Shown here: positions 62,882 to 64,000 of the stretch, piece by piece | How the letters are laid out: each line of letters starts with the position of its first letter | Numbering within the stretch: position 1 is the stretch's first letter | Assembly (NCBI GenBank): GCA_051362555.1 | Contig: CM120642.1 | Location: 16,120,001 to 16,184,000 of the forward strand | DNA from: Lingula anatina | Taxonomy: Eukaryota > Animalia > Brachiopoda | DNA: 64,000 nt | Direction of reading: 5' to 3' | Program-made: the position numbers and the translations under genes | Notes under the pieces: generated by a model | What the model saw: the letters and a program-made list of their open reading frames with translations, nothing else | Database searches by the model: none | Told to the model about the DNA's origin: nothing

Positions 62882-64000
62882 TTAACATAAAAAAGGGATG
62901 TGAATTAAATTGCTCTGCAACAGCTGATTAGCCGCAGCCTCAATCTGAGGTATCCATAGCAACAGGCGACCAAGACGCATTGACCTTTGAGGGTGCTTGA
63001 TCTCGATGACCTCCTGAAGTATCTGAACAAACTGATCTTGTAAGGCTTGTCTCTCTTCTTCTGCCTCTTCGCCTTCAGCTGGAAAATAAAAAGCAGATTA
63101 TAGGTTATCTACATGTCACAAGTGTTTTCCTGTGATCATGATTAAGGGCCAGGAAAAGAAAGCTGTGAATTACGTTACCTGTTAATAATGGTGGAAGAGT
63201 CATAGACAAATATCAAGGATGCAAAAAATTTCTCATCAAATAAACAAATAACCATTGTAGCGATTTGGGGTGAGTGCAGAAAAATCACCGACCAGACCAG
63301 GAATCGAACCCGGGACCCCTCGCTTACAGGGCGAGTGCTCTTACCTACTGAGCTACCCGGCTGGTTCTACCTGCCCCTGGCACTACACTCCTCCCCCCAA
63401 ATGCCGAAAGACGCAAACCCTATCTCGCACAACCGCTGCCACCATTGTATTTATTGACTGATTATTTAATCAAATAATTAATAAAATGTTAAAATCGAAT
63501 GAATATTTTGCAAATTCTGGGAATGATAATGATATCAAACTTTACAGAAATTACACCAAAAGCAAATTCTCCTGTCATTTCTTGAAAAATAACTTTAAAA
63601 CCCTTTTTCTTAGGCAAATTACTCATCCCAAATGCCTTTCAATCAAACAATGCTTAATAAATGCAGATATCACCTAAAATAATCTTTACAGTATTCATTT
63701 CAGAATATGAATTGGACTACTAGTTCATGAACTCGAATCCCTTCAAATCATGACATATTATGATGTACTGGTAGATTCAAAACTGGAAGCCATAATTTGT
63801 TAAAATCTATGCTGATAATTAAGAGCTAAGTTTGGAACACGCTGTACAGAGAAAGATGGAGAAACAAATTGCTTTTTGTATATTGATCTTATTCCTCTTA
63901 ATGAAGTCAGCTTTCAAAGCAATTCCAACCACAATGCAGGGCTTAGGGATGAAAGGAGTAAAGATTTGTTTGCTGCGCTTACCTAGATTGAGCAGAAGAA
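62882..64000 (-). CDS. 3' end of a nuclear receptor ligand-binding domain, NR6A (HR4/GCNF)-like; partial
   Basis: Exons 64000-63983 and 63078-62882, phase-1 GT-AG: ..LLLNL|AEGEEAEEERQALQDQFVQILQEVIEIKHPQRSMRLGRLLLWIPQIEAAANQLLQSNLIHIPFLC*. This fits the helix 8-11 pattern, and the tail resembles the recalled insect HR4 ending PEIQAAASLLLESKMFYVPF. Confidence 0.78.
63251..63449 (-). mobile_element. Miniature LTR retroelement (TRIM) with tRNA-derived LTR, Helenus-like
   Basis: Minus strand: TACA-A-TGGTGGCAGCGGT (PBS, 63444-63432), short internal region, GGGGGGAGGAG (PPT, 63398-63388), LTR TGTAGTG...CGCTACA (63387-63256) containing A box TAGCTCAGTAGG, B box GGTTCGATTCC and TTTTT. Confidence 0.8.

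Noticed and set aside
63291-63362. Functional tRNA-Thr(UGU) gene
   Set aside because: C instead of U33, an acceptor stem with several G-U pairs and a terminal mismatch, and a position inside an LTR between PPT and PBS

Overview
AT-rich, intron-rich animal genomic DNA. The repeat families suggest a marine lophotrochozoan invertebrate, which is an inference. Reading exons by hand gives five protein genes: (1) a 5-exon secreted chitin-binding-like/TSP1/WxxW gene with an in-frame TAG in exon 4; (2) a single-coding-exon orphan class A GPCR; (3) an 8-exon COG3618 (L-fuconolactonase-like) amidohydrolase on the minus strand, head-to-head with (4) a complete 24-exon SMG7 gene (~1133 aa, one GC-AG intron, a 4-codon uORF); and (5) the 3' end of an NR6A (HR4/GCNF)-like nuclear receptor on the minus strand. 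Mobile DNA is abundant: two Helentron-associated (HINE/DINE-1-like) families, one carrying a higher-order 146-bp satellite array; TTAA (Kolobok/piggyBac-type), Harbinger-type and CACTA-ended MITEs; LINE remnants; and a truncated Penelope element. The two most striking non-coding signals are a minimal hammerhead ribozyme with a compensatory G3-C8 core swap in the Penelope termini, and a 190-bp miniature LTR retroelement whose LTR contains a tRNA-derived Pol III cassette, with a tRNA-Leu PBS and a PPT, present as a single circularly permuted unit. Coordinates were counted by eye and may be off by a few bases. No database searches were run.
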